Assembly: GCA_943787795.1 (NCBI GenBank)
Contig: CALSNU010000001.1
Span: forward strand, 928,001 to 992,000
Length of the DNA: 64,000 nucleotides
Direction: 5' to 3'
Source of the DNA: an uncultured bacterium
GTDB taxonomy: Bacteria > Planctomycetota > UBA1135 > GCA-002686595
A program made the position numbers and the translations under genes. Below are positions 19,817-29,749 of the stretch, piece after piece. Below the pieces are notes generated by a model. That model ran no database searches, was not told where the DNA came from, and worked only from the letters and a program-made list of their open reading frames with translations. Position 1 is the stretch's first letter. Every line of letters begins with the position of its first letter.

Positions 19817-20054
19817 GGTGAGCAGCCGTCGTCGGCCTTTGGAGAGCTTCCCCTCGAGGGGTAGTTAGATCAAGCCCGGGTCCGTCGCCTGATGGAGTCT
19901 GCAAGTCCCTGGCGGCAGCGTGCTGGACCCAGGACCCGCGATCGACCAATGACCCGGTCCCCTGGACCCCGGCGGCCGTGGGTTCTTCCCCGGGGCCCCC
20001 GGAATCGACGGATCCTGTTTGGGCGATCGCAAGGGGCGAGCCCATGATCCCGCC

Positions 20055-20663
20055 ATGGTTGCCTTCCGCTTCCTCGCGCTTCTGACCGTGGGGCTCTCAT
20101 TGCTCACGTTCGTGTTCCTGCTCAACGTGTCCAACGCTCGGCTCGAGCGGGAGTCGCTGCGGCAGGTCGTCGGGGCTCCCGTCCAGCTCAAGGGAGGCGA
20201 GGAGGTCGCCTGGACGCTGGATTTCGGGGACTCTCGGGTCGAATCCGCCTGGCCGGGGGCGCAGCGCCAGCCGCGCCTCTTTCTCCGGACAGTGCCGGGG
20301 GCCGTGGTGGCGGCCCGTGCAGAGTACCGCTCGCCTGAGGATGCACCTCTGCTGCAGGCGCTCGTCGCCGGGGAGCGCGTGGTCGCCACGGCGGGGCCGG
20401 ACGGACTTGCGAGCTTCGGGTGCCTCTGGCTGTCCTGGGTGCATCCGCTCACCATCAACTTCGAGGCCCTTGAGGGGGTTGGCGACGAGGCTCCGGCAGA
20501 GCCCTTCCTGAGCGGTCAGCCCTCGAAGAACTTCATCGCCGCGCGCGCCATCAGCCGGACCCTCTGGGTGGTCTTCACCGTCATCGGAGCCATGGGCTTC
20601 GCCGTCCTCGTCGCGACGCAGCGGGACCTCTTCGGGGCTCCCCGCGGTAGCGCTCGGCCCTGA
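20055..20663 (+). CDS. Hypothetical membrane protein (two TM segments)
   Basis: Hydrophobic N- and C-terminal helices; fills the gap between oppositely oriented genes. Confidence 0.6.
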   Translation: MVAFRFLALLTVGLSLLTFVFLLNVSNARLERESLRQVVGAPVQLKGGEEVAWTLDFGDSRVESAWPGAQRQPRLFLRTVPGAVVAARAEYRSPEDAPLLQALVAGERVVATAGPDGLASFGCLWLSWVHPLTINFEALEGVGDEAPAEPFLSGQPSKNFIAARAISRTLWVVFTVIGAMGFAVLVATQRDLFGAPRGSARP

Positions 20664-20688
20664 CGTCAGGCCGCCGAGGCGGGCTCGC

Positions 20689-21618
20689 TCAGGCGGAGCC
20701 CACGGCCCGGGTCACGATCGCGTCCACAAAGGTCTCGGGGTCGAAGCGCTCGAGCAAGTCCATGGTCTCGCCGGTGCCGATGTAGCGCACGGGGAGCCCG
20801 AGCTCGCGGTGGATACCGAAGATCGCGCCGCCGCGGGCGGTGCCGTCGAGCTTGGCGACGATGAGCCCGGTCACCTCCACAGAGCGGGTGAACTCCTTGG
20901 CCTGGCGGATGGCGTTCTGGCCGTTGGTCCCGTCGATCACCAGCCACGTCTCGTGGGGCGCGCCCTCGACCTTCTTCCCGATCACGCGCCGGACCTTCTC
21001 CAGCTCCTGCATCAGGTTGGACTGGGTGTGCAGCCGCCCCGCGGTGTCGATGATGGCCACGTCCACGCCCCGCGCCTCGGCCGCGGCGCAGGTGTCGAAG
21101 GCGACCGCGGCGGGGTCCGCGTTGTCGCTGTGCTGCCGCACGATCTCAGCGCCGTTGCGCTCCGCCCAGATCTGAAGCTGGTCCGCCGCGGCGGCTCGGA
21201 AGGTGTCTCCAGCGCCGAGGATGACCGACTTGCCCTGCCCCTGGAAGCGGTGGGCCAGCTTGGCGATCGAGGTCGTCTTGCCCGAGCCGTTGACCCCCAC
21301 GATGAGGATCACGGTCGGCGATTGAGCAAAGTCAGGTTCCGGGCGGCCGCAGTCCCCGAGGATCTCGAGGAGCTTGCCGCGCATCGCGGTCCGGACGTCC
21401 TCTTCACCCTTGAGCTCGCCGCGCTTGTGGAGCCTGGCGAGCTCGGCGGTGAGGTCGGAGGCGATGGAGCCCAGGTCGCTCGTGTAGAGCAGCTCTTCCA
21501 GCTCGTCCAGGAGCTGCTGGTCGATCGCTCGGCCGCCGCGGAAGAGGCCGGAGATCCCGTCCGAGATGGCGTCGCGGGTCTTCGAGAGCCGCTGCTTGAA
21601 TCGGTCGAGCAGCCCCAT
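20689..21618 (-). CDS. ftsY: Signal recognition particle receptor FtsY
   Basis: GVNGSGKTT, DTFRAAA, DTAGRLHT, KLDGTARGG. Confidence 0.97.
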   Translation of the reverse strand: MGLLDRFKQRLSKTRDAISDGISGLFRGGRAIDQQLLDELEELLYTSDLGSIASDLTAELARLHKRGELKGEEDVRTAMRGKLLEILGDCGRPEPDFAQSPTVILIVGVNGSGKTTSIAKLAHRFQGQGKSVILGAGDTFRAAAADQLQIWAERNGAEIVRQHSDNADPAAVAFDTCAAAEARGVDVAIIDTAGRLHTQSNLMQELEKVRRVIGKKVEGAPHETWLVIDGTNGQNAIRQAKEFTRSVEVTGLIVAKLDGTARGGAIFGIHRELGLPVRYIGTGETMDLLERFDPETFVDAIVTRAVGSA

Positions 21619-21619
21619 C

Positions 21620-22084
21620 TCAGCGCTCCTCCTCGGCTGCGCGGTTCTTGATCTTGTCGAGGATGCCGTTGATGAAGGCGCCCGAGTTCTGGGTGGAGAA
21701 GCGCTTGCCGAGCTCGATGCCCTCGTTGATCGCGACCTTCGGCGGGATCTCGTCGCAGTGCAGGATCTCGAAGGCCGCCATGCGGAGCACGTTGCGGTCG
21801 ATGACGGCCATGCGATCCACCTGCCAGTTCTGGGCGACGAACTGGATCTCTGCGTCCAGCTCCGGGGCCGCGTCCAGGGTGCCCTCGACGAGTAGGCGTG
21901 CGTAGCGCGAGGTCTCGGCGTCGCTGCCCTCTGCCTGCTCCTGGAGGAAGCCGGTCAGGTCGTTCAGCTTCTCGGGACCGAGGAGGTCGACCTGGTAGAG
22001 GAACTGGAGCGCGAGCTCTCTGGAGCGAGTGCGTTTCTTCAATGGAGGATTCGGGAGGGGATCAGAAGCCCGCGGGGCGGCCAT
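21620..22084 (-). CDS. nusB: Transcription antitermination factor NusB
   Basis: RTRSRELALQFLYQ, DRNVLR, VAINEGIELGKRF, FINGILD. Confidence 0.96.
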   Translation of the reverse strand: MAAPRASDPLPNPPLKKRTRSRELALQFLYQVDLLGPEKLNDLTGFLQEQAEGSDAETSRYARLLVEGTLDAAPELDAEIQFVAQNWQVDRMAVIDRNVLRMAAFEILHCDEIPPKVAINEGIELGKRFSTQNSGAFINGILDKIKNRAAEEER

Positions 22085-22586
22085 CGCCGGCTCCGGCGCT
22101 GGCCTGGTCGAGGGCGGCGAGGGTCACGAGCGCGGCGCGCGCGACCTCCCGCCCCTTGTCCTCGACGCCGCCCTCCTCGGAGGGGAGCGCCCTGGCCTTG
22201 GCCTGGTCCAGGTTCTGGCAGGTTAGGACGCCGAAGTGGATCGGCGTGTCCGTCTCCAGGGCAGCCTGGGTGATGCCCTGGGTGGCGCCCATCGCGACCC
22301 AGTGGTCGTGGGTCGTCTCTCCGGTGAGCACCAGACCGAAGCACAGCACGGCGTCGACATCCTCTCGTCGAGCGAGGCGTCGGGCGACGATGGGGAGCTC
22401 GAAGGCTCCTGGGACCCAGACGACCCGCAGGCCGTCCTCCTCCATGCCCGCCGCGCGCAGCTCGGCCTCGGCCGACCGCAGCATGGCGCCGGTGAGGTCC
22501 TCGTGGAACCGTGAGATCGCGACGCCGATACGCACGCCGGGGCGCTGAATCAGGTCGCGAGCAGCGCTCTTGGGATCGAGAGCCAT
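22062..22586 (-). CDS. ribH: 6,7-dimethyl-8-ribityllumazine synthase
   Basis: VPGAFELP, GETTHD, PIHFGVLT, KGREVA. Start taken at MALDPK (22586). Confidence 0.94.
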   Translation of the reverse strand: MALDPKSAARDLIQRPGVRIGVAISRFHEDLTGAMLRSAEAELRAAGMEEDGLRVVWVPGAFELPIVARRLARREDVDAVLCFGLVLTGETTHDHWVAMGATQGITQAALETDTPIHFGVLTCQNLDQAKARALPSEEGGVEDKGREVARAALVTLAALDQASAGAGDGRPAGF

Positions 22587-22731
22587 CGTGAGGGGCGGGG
22601 TGGGGGAGAGAAAGAGCCGGGGGAGACGGGCGGAGAGTGTACGCGCGGCGGCGGCCTCCCGCACCTGGGTCCCTCACTTGTCGGTGGGGCAGCGGCGCTC
22701 ACGCTCCCGGCTCAAGCGCCCCGGGACCCCC

Positions 22732-25700
22732 TCACGCATCCCGCGGGCTCGCCAGCGCCGGCCGCGGCGGCTCACCGCCGGCGCGCCCTGGCTTCCGAGC
22801 GAAGGACCGTCGGCCCAGCCAGCCCAGGGTGAGGGCGAGGTCGTCGATCACCGTATAGGCGAGGGGGACGACCCAGAGGGTGAAGAAGGTGCAGATCGCG
22901 AGGCCGCCTGCCACGCAGGTGGCCAGGGCTCTGTAGTCGATGCCCTGGGGCGGCGCCTCTCCAAGCGCCATGGGCATGAGGCCGACCACGGTGGTGAGGG
23001 CGGTCATCACGATGGGGCGGACCCGAGCGCCTGCGCCCTCGATGACCGCGTCTTGCCGGCTGTAGCGCTCGTCGATCCGGAGGCGGTGGATCTTGTCGAT
23101 GAGGACGATGCCGTTGTTCACGACCACGCCCACCAAGATGATGATCCCGATCCACCCGATGGAGTCCATCGGGGTACCAGAGACAAACAGGGTCCAGAAG
23201 GCGCCGAGGACGGCGAAGGGGATCGTGGTGAGCACGCTGAGGGGCAGCAAGAGCGACTCGAACAGGATCCCCATGAGCAGGAAGACCAGCACGATCGAGA
23301 GGAGCATGGCGTTCTGCAGGTCGCGCATCTCCTGCATGCCCTGCACCACCACGCTGGTGTCTCGCCCGAGCTCGTAGCCGCGGGGGAGGTCCATGCCCTC
23401 CAGCGCCGCGTAGCCGGCGCGGACGAGCTCGGACTGGCGCGCGGGGTCCGACAGCCGCGCGGTGATGGCCTCGTTGATCTGGCCGTTCTTGCGAGAGATT
23501 CTCGAGGGAGCCGGCTGGAAGCGGACGTCGGTGAACGTCGCGAGCGCGACCTCCCCCTGGCTTCCCCAGATCGACAGGTCGCGCAGGGTGTCGAGGCCTG
23601 CGGAGACCGTGTCGTCGTACTCGATGAGCATCGGGACCTCGCGATCCTGTTCCTGGAAGCGGGGGAGCTGCGCTCCCCGCAGGGCCCAGGAGACGTTCTG
23701 CAGCGCGGACCTCGAGGAGACCCCGTATGAGAAGGCGGTGTCGCCGTCGACGTCCAGGAGGAGCTGGTCGGGCGCGTCCTCACTCGTCACCGAGACGTCC
23801 TCCAGCCCCGGGACGCGCTCGAGCACGGCGATGGCCTCCGCCGAGAGCTCGCGCAGGCGGTCCGGGTCCGGCCCGCGGAGCTCGAAGCTCACGAACTGCT
23901 TCGAGGAGTCACTGACCTCCGCCTTGTCGCGGAAGTACACGCGGTGTCCGGCTTGTCGGGGCAGCTCCCGTCGGATCTGCGTCCGGTAGAGGTCGAGCTG
24001 GTCCGGCGCGATCCGCTCGGGCCACCGCATCTCGACCTCGCCGCCCCCCGGATCGAAGCGGGCGATGACGTTCCGGAAGCCGAACTCGTCCTTGTAGCCA
24101 TTGACGAACTCCTCGTAGGAGGCGATCTCATCGCTGGCCTCCCGGAGGGTGAAGTTGTCCTCGAGGTCCACCCAGAAGGAGAGCTTGCTTGTGTCCTCGT
24201 CCTCTCCGAAGGCCGTGACCGTCGTGTTCCCCCAGGGGATCACGATCGACATGAGCGCGGCGAGGGAGAGCAGGCCAGCCTGCCAGCGGTGCGCGAGGGT
24301 CCAGGTGAGCAGGGAACGGTTGGCCGCCTGGGCCCAGGCGACGATGGAGGTGCCGCCTGGCACGAAGCGCTCGGGCCGGGCGGGCGGTCGTTGACCCCTC
24401 CGCTGGAGCGCGGGGACGACCGCGAGGAGCAGGAGCAGCGCCAGGCCGCAGGCGGCGAGCGCCGGGATCGCGGCGCCCACGAGCGTGCCGCTCATGCGCG
24501 CGGGGACGTCGAGGGCGGCGAGCCGCTCCCCGGCAGCGACGGCGTCGCTGGAGCCGGAGAAGCGGAGGTAGGCGAGGTAGGCGGCGCCCACGGCCAGCGG
24601 CCAGCGCAGGGGGCTCGCCACCACCCGGAGCACGGGCCGCTCGACGGCGTGGAGCGCGCGCAGGACCCCATACCAGACCACCCGCACGGCGCCCACCGCG
24701 AAGGCCAGGAGGCGGGTGGGGAGGGCCGCGACGGGTGCCGCCACGGCGCTGAGGCGCTCTGCCCAGGCCGGTCGGTCGCCGAGCGCGCGGGCCGAGGCCG
24801 TGGGGATGAAGACGAGGGCGATCAGCAGGCTGAAGATCAGCGAGGCGCAGAGGGGCACGCCCATGGCCTGGAGCATGATGCTGATGCGCTGGCCGCCCAT
24901 GAAGATCAGCGGGAGGAACACGACCACCGAGGTCATGGTCGCCAGGCCGACGGCGAGGCCAACGTCCCGGGCGCCGAGGACCGCGGCGCTGTGCGGCGAC
25001 CTCCCAAGGTCGCGCTGGCGGGCGATGCTCTCGATGACCACCACCGCGTTGTCCACGAGCATCCCGATCCCGAGGGTCAGGCCCGTCATGGACAGGACGT
25101 TGAAGGACCCCCCGCGCGCCGCCTCGAAGGCGATGGCGAGCAGCGCGGAGACCGGGATGCAGAGGGCCACGCAGAGGGTCATGCGGGCCCGGCGGAGGAA
25201 CATGAACAGGACCAGGATCGCGAGCCCGCCCCCCTGTACGGCCGTGCTCTCGAGGCGCTCGATGGAGCCCTCGATGAAGTCCGCCTGGTTGAAGAAGACG
25301 GTGGTCGAGATCTTCCCCGAGACCCGCGGGTCTTCCTGGATCTCGGCCATCTTGGCCTCAAGGGCGCGCCCGACCTCCACCACGTTGGCGTTGCCCTCCT
25401 TCTGGACGAGGCCGTAGTAGGCGTAGCCGCCGTCGATCCGCGTGATCTGGTCACGCACGGAGTTCACGCGCTCGACGGTGGCGATGTCCTTGATGCGCAG
25501 GCCCGGGCGGACCGGGTACTCGCGGATGTCATCGAGGTCCTTGAAGCGCATGTCAGAGCGCAGCAAGAAGTCCTTCCCGCCCTCGCTGACCTCGCCGAGG
25601 GGCTCGGCGAAGTTGTCGGACGCGAGGCCGCTGATCAACCCGGAGATGTCGAGCCGCGCCGCGGCGACCTTGTCCTCGTCGAGGAAGACCCGGATCGAGT

Positions 25701-26262
25701 CGTCCAGGAGCCCGAAGATGTTGACGCGGCTCACCCCGTCCACGGCCTCCAGGCCCTTCTGGACGTACTTGTCCACGAGGACCGCCGCGTTGTCGGAGCG
25801 CTCCTCGGCCACGGCGGCGAACCACATGATCGGGAGGTCGCCGTCGTCACTCGCCCAGATCCAGACCTGCTCGACCGTCTCGGGGAGGTCGGGCCGCGCC
25901 CGCTCGATCCGGTCACGGAGCTCGGCCTTGGCGAGCTCGGTCTCGGCCTCGCCGTTGAACTTGACCCTGAAGCGCACCTGATCGTTGGACGAGCTCGACG
26001 AGATCTCGTCGATGCCAGGCAGGGTCCGGAACTGCTCCTCGAGCACCCGGGCCACCTTGTCCACGTTCTCCTGCGCGTTGGCGCCGGGGTTGGGCACGAA
26101 GATCGTGAAGCGTGTCCCCGAGAGGCCCCCGGGGAACAGCTGCAGGGGGATCCGGCCGTAAGCGATCACGCCCATCAGCACGAGGGTGACGAAGAGCACC
26201 CCCATGGCGATGGGGCGCGAGACGGTGAGGCCAAAGAAGCCCTTCTGCTCACGACGAATCAT
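22732..26262 (-). CDS. RND (AcrB/AcrD/AcrF family) efflux permease, subunit 2
   Basis: GMLVDNAVVVIE, GVVVNNGIVLID, RVRPIVMTALTT. Start taken at MIRREQ. Confidence 0.93.
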   Translation of the reverse strand: MIRREQKGFFGLTVSRPIAMGVLFVTLVLMGVIAYGRIPLQLFPGGLSGTRFTIFVPNPGANAQENVDKVARVLEEQFRTLPGIDEISSSSSNDQVRFRVKFNGEAETELAKAELRDRIERARPDLPETVEQVWIWASDDGDLPIMWFAAVAEERSDNAAVLVDKYVQKGLEAVDGVSRVNIFGLLDDSIRVFLDEDKVAAARLDISGLISGLASDNFAEPLGEVSEGGKDFLLRSDMRFKDLDDIREYPVRPGLRIKDIATVERVNSVRDQITRIDGGYAYYGLVQKEGNANVVEVGRALEAKMAEIQEDPRVSGKISTTVFFNQADFIEGSIERLESTAVQGGGLAILVLFMFLRRARMTLCVALCIPVSALLAIAFEAARGGSFNVLSMTGLTLGIGMLVDNAVVVIESIARQRDLGRSPHSAAVLGARDVGLAVGLATMTSVVVFLPLIFMGGQRISIMLQAMGVPLCASLIFSLLIALVFIPTASARALGDRPAWAERLSAVAAPVAALPTRLLAFAVGAVRVVWYGVLRALHAVERPVLRVVASPLRWPLAVGAAYLAYLRFSGSSDAVAAGERLAALDVPARMSGTLVGAAIPALAACGLALLLLLAVVPALQRRGQRPPARPERFVPGGTSIVAWAQAANRSLLTWTLAHRWQAGLLSLAALMSIVIPWGNTTVTAFGEDEDTSKLSFWVDLEDNFTLREASDEIASYEEFVNGYKDEFGFRNVIARFDPGGGEVEMRWPERIAPDQLDLYRTQIRRELPRQAGHRVYFRDKAEVSDSSKQFVSFELRGPDPDRLRELSAEAIAVLERVPGLEDVSVTSEDAPDQLLLDVDGDTAFSYGVSSRSALQNVSWALRGAQLPRFQEQDREVPMLIEYDDTVSAGLDTLRDLSIWGSQGEVALATFTDVRFQPAPSRISRKNGQINEAITARLSDPARQSELVRAGYAALEGMDLPRGYELGRDTSVVVQGMQEMRDLQNAMLLSIVLVFLLMGILFESLLLPLSVLTTIPFAVLGAFWTLFVSGTPMDSIGWIGIIILVGVVVNNGIVLIDKIHRLRIDERYSRQDAVIEGAGARVRPIVMTALTTVVGLMPMALGEAPPQGIDYRALATCVAGGLAICTFFTLWVVPLAYTVIDDLALTLGWLGRRSFARKPGRAGGEPPRPALASPRDA

Positions 26263-26299
26263 GGCTGCTGGAGGTGGGTCATGGCTCGGTGCGCGGGGC

Positions 26300-29200
26300 T
26301 CAGCTCGCGGGGGTCGCGTCCACGGCGCGGTCACGGATGAGCAGGCGATACATGACGGGGATGACGAAGAGCGTCAGCAGGGTGGAGCTCACGAGGCCGC
26401 CAATGACCGCGATGGCCATCGGCGCGCGGAGCTCTGCGCCGGCGCTCCCGATGAACTGTTCGAGCCCGGGGAGGCCGACGAGCCATCCCGTGAGGGGCAC
26501 GAGCCCCAGCACGGTGGTGGCGGTGGTCATGAGGATCGGGCGAAGGCGGGCGCGCCCCGCCTCGAGGATCGCGTCGGCCACGGGCATCCCGTCCGCGCGC
26601 TTCTGATTGATGCGATCCACCAGCACGATCGCGTTGTTCACGACGATCCCGGCCAGCAGGATGAGACCGATGAACACGACCACAGAGAGCGGTACGGAGA
26701 GGGCCTGGAGCATCAGCACCGCGCCGACTCCGGCGAGGGGCACACTCAGGAGGATGACGAAGGGCTGAACCAGGGACTCGAACTGGCAGGCCATCACCAC
26801 GTAGACGAGGAAGATCGCGAGCAGCAAGGCGAACGCCAGGCTGCGGGTCCCCTCGTCGAGCTCCCGCTTCTGGCCGCCGAGCCCGATGGAGACCTCCCGC
26901 GGCGGGGTCAGTTGGTTGAGCGCCTCCTGGACGCGGGCGTTCAGGCCGCCCACGTCCTCCCCGGTGCTCGCAGCGGTGACGACCACCGCGCGCTGCCCAC
27001 CGATCCTGCGGATCTCGGCGGGGCCCTGGGTGCGCTCGATGGAGGCCACGGCCGAGAGGGGGACGGGCTCCGTCGCGGTCGGGTTCACGATGAGCTCGGA
27101 GACATCATCCAGGGACGCGAGGATGCGCTCGTCGCCGCGGACGCGCACGTCGATGCGGTCGTCGCCCTCGATGAAGCGGGTCGAGACCGACCCGAGCACC
27201 TGGTCACGCACGAACCCCGAGACCTGAGCGAGGTCGAGATCGTAGGCCAGGGTCTTGTCCCGGTCGAAGGTCACCAGAGCCTCGGGGTATCCGGGGCGGA
27301 CGGTGGTGCGGATGTCGGTGAGTCCCGGGATCTGCTCGAGTCGTTCGGCCACCTCGTTGGCGGCCACCTCCAGGTCGCCGAGGTCCCACCCCTTGATCTC
27401 CACCGAGACCGGCGCGTCGAGGGCGAAGGGAGTGGGGCGGCGGACGTCGACGACCTCCATCTCGGGCTCGACCCCGACGAGGGCTCGCACCCTTGAGATC
27501 ATGCGCTCCTCCTCCGCCGGCCCGAGGTCGGGGTGCAGGCGGACGGTCAGCCTCGCGGTGTGCTCTCCTTCGATTTCACGGGTCAGCGTGTCGGCCTCGA
27601 CGCCGACGGTCAGCGAGGTGACGTTGACTTGCTCGAGCTGTCGGACCTGCCCCTCGAGCCGCGAGTAGACGGCCTCCGAGTCCTCGATCGGGGTGCCGAT
27701 CGGCAGGGACAGGAACGCGGTGAACTCCGACTGGTGGACCTCGGGGAGGAGCTCCAGCCCGAGGGACTTGGCTCGCTCGGTGGCGAACCAGCCCAGAGCG
27801 CCGGTGCCCAGGAGCACCAGGAGCGGGGCGGCGAGCGCCGCCTTGAGCGCCCTCGGGTAGACCGAGGAGACCGCGCGCCAGGCCAGGTCAAAGGTGACGC
27901 GCACCGGGAACGTCACCACGAACAGGATCGCGCCGACCGCGACGCCCAGGCCGCGCAGGGCCCGGAGCGTGACGAAGAGGATCATGAGCACCAGCCCGGC
28001 CAGCGCCCCCGCGGCGCGTTCGCCGATCGTCGCGTCCGGCCGCCGCGGGAAGAACTCACGTAGGGTGCTCGGGCCGCGGCGCCGGTCGGCATCGGTGAGC
28101 TCGACCTTGACGCCCGCCAGGGCCTTGCGTGAGGCCAGCATCGGGATGAAGAGCAGCGCGACCAGGAGCGACACCAGCAGGGCCGACACCACCGTCACCG
28201 CCTGGTCACCGAAGATCTGGCCTGCGATACCGCTCACGAACACGATGGGGGCGAAGACCGAGACGGTGGTCAGGGTTGACGCGGTGATGGCCCCCGCGAC
28301 CTCCGTGACGCCGCGGACCGCGGCGCGAGAGAGGGGGTCGCCCTCCTCACGGCAGCGCGCGATGGACTCGATCACCACGATGGCGTTATCCACGAGCATG
28401 CCAACGCCGAGGGCGAGGCCGCCGAGGGACATGATGTTCAAGGACACGTCGAGCAGGAACATCGGCGCGAACGTCACGAGGACCGAGATCGGGATCGCGA
28501 GGGCGATGATCAGGGTCTGGGTGACCTTGCGCAGGAAGAGCCACATCACGATCACGGCGAAGAGGGCGCCCAGGATCGCCGACTGCTTCACCTCGTCGAC
28601 GGCATCAGCGATGAAGGTGGACTGGTCGGAGAGCAGCTCGATGGCGGCCTCATCCCGGAGGTTCCAGCCCACGAAGTTGAGCTTGCTGCGGTCGAGCCAC
28701 GCGATGTCCTCGACGCGCTTCCCGGCGCTGCGGCTGGCGACCTCGACCTGCTCGTCGGTGCCAAGGACCGCCTCGCGAACGCGCCGCGAGACCTCGACGA
28801 TGTTGGCGCCGGCCTCGCGGTAGATGGCCACCTCGACGGCCTCGCGCCCGTTGAGCTGGGTGACCACCTCGCGCTCCGCGTGGGTGCGGTCCACGGTGGC
28901 GATGTCGCGCACGCGAACCACCGCGTTCCCGACGCGGGCGATCGCGAGCTCGCGGATCTCGTCGACGTCCTGGAACTCGTTGAGCGTCCGGACGAGGTAG
29001 ACGGTGGAGCCCTCGCGGATCTGGCCTCCCGAGGCGTTCAGATTCTCCTGGGCGAGGCGCTGGCCGATGAGCGCGGGGTCCAGGTCGAGGGCAGCCATTC
29101 GGAAGGGGTCGACCCGGACGCGGATCTCTTCCTCCATGCCACCGCGGACCTGGACCGCAGCGACCCCGCGGAGCCCCTCGAGGTCACGCTTGATCCGGTT

Positions 29201-29749
29201 CTCCGCGAGCCAGCGGAGGCGAATCAACGTCTCCTCATCGGAGCCCGCGCGGCCCTCGGGGGGCGCGACGCCGAAGCGTAGGATGGGGTCGAGGTTCGGG
29301 TCGTAGCGGAGGATGAGCGGCTTCTCGGCCTCGGCCGGCAGGAAGACGCCGTCGAGCCGGTCGCGCACCTCTTGGACCGCGAACGTCATCTGCGTGCCCC
29401 AGTCGAACTCCAGCAGCACGTCGCTCGTCCCGGCGCGGCTGATGGAGGTGGTCTCCACCAGGTTCGGGAGCGTGGCGAGCGCCTCCTGGAGGCGGGTTGA
29501 GAGGCGGTCTTCGATGTCCTCCGGTGCGGCGCCGGGATACGACGTCCGCACGGTGAGCGTCGGATAGCTGATCTCTGGCAGCAGGTCCACCGGGAGCTTC
29601 GCGAACGAGACGACGCCGAAGACGCCCAGCGCGATCATCAGCATGGAGATCGCCACGGGCCGAGTCGCCACGAAGGCCAGGGCACCCTCGGTGGCCCGAG
29701 CCGCACCCTCGGTCCGGGCTTCGGATCCGGTGGAGTCCTCAGGCATCAT
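26300..29749 (-). CDS. RND efflux permease, subunit 1
   Basis: LPVDLLPEISYP, GMLVDNAIVVIE, RLRPILMTTATT. Start taken at MMPEDS. Confidence 0.93.
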   Translation of the reverse strand: MMPEDSTGSEARTEGAARATEGALAFVATRPVAISMLMIALGVFGVVSFAKLPVDLLPEISYPTLTVRTSYPGAAPEDIEDRLSTRLQEALATLPNLVETTSISRAGTSDVLLEFDWGTQMTFAVQEVRDRLDGVFLPAEAEKPLILRYDPNLDPILRFGVAPPEGRAGSDEETLIRLRWLAENRIKRDLEGLRGVAAVQVRGGMEEEIRVRVDPFRMAALDLDPALIGQRLAQENLNASGGQIREGSTVYLVRTLNEFQDVDEIRELAIARVGNAVVRVRDIATVDRTHAEREVVTQLNGREAVEVAIYREAGANIVEVSRRVREAVLGTDEQVEVASRSAGKRVEDIAWLDRSKLNFVGWNLRDEAAIELLSDQSTFIADAVDEVKQSAILGALFAVIVMWLFLRKVTQTLIIALAIPISVLVTFAPMFLLDVSLNIMSLGGLALGVGMLVDNAIVVIESIARCREEGDPLSRAAVRGVTEVAGAITASTLTTVSVFAPIVFVSGIAGQIFGDQAVTVVSALLVSLLVALLFIPMLASRKALAGVKVELTDADRRRGPSTLREFFPRRPDATIGERAAGALAGLVLMILFVTLRALRGLGVAVGAILFVVTFPVRVTFDLAWRAVSSVYPRALKAALAAPLLVLLGTGALGWFATERAKSLGLELLPEVHQSEFTAFLSLPIGTPIEDSEAVYSRLEGQVRQLEQVNVTSLTVGVEADTLTREIEGEHTARLTVRLHPDLGPAEEERMISRVRALVGVEPEMEVVDVRRPTPFALDAPVSVEIKGWDLGDLEVAANEVAERLEQIPGLTDIRTTVRPGYPEALVTFDRDKTLAYDLDLAQVSGFVRDQVLGSVSTRFIEGDDRIDVRVRGDERILASLDDVSELIVNPTATEPVPLSAVASIERTQGPAEIRRIGGQRAVVVTAASTGEDVGGLNARVQEALNQLTPPREVSIGLGGQKRELDEGTRSLAFALLLAIFLVYVVMACQFESLVQPFVILLSVPLAGVGAVLMLQALSVPLSVVVFIGLILLAGIVVNNAIVLVDRINQKRADGMPVADAILEAGRARLRPILMTTATTVLGLVPLTGWLVGLPGLEQFIGSAGAELRAPMAIAVIGGLVSSTLLTLFVIPVMYRLLIRDRAVDATPAS

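Noticed and set aside
22587..22731. FMN riboswitch upstream of ribH
   Set aside because: No RFN consensus is visible; only a TACACT-like -10 box on the minus strand.
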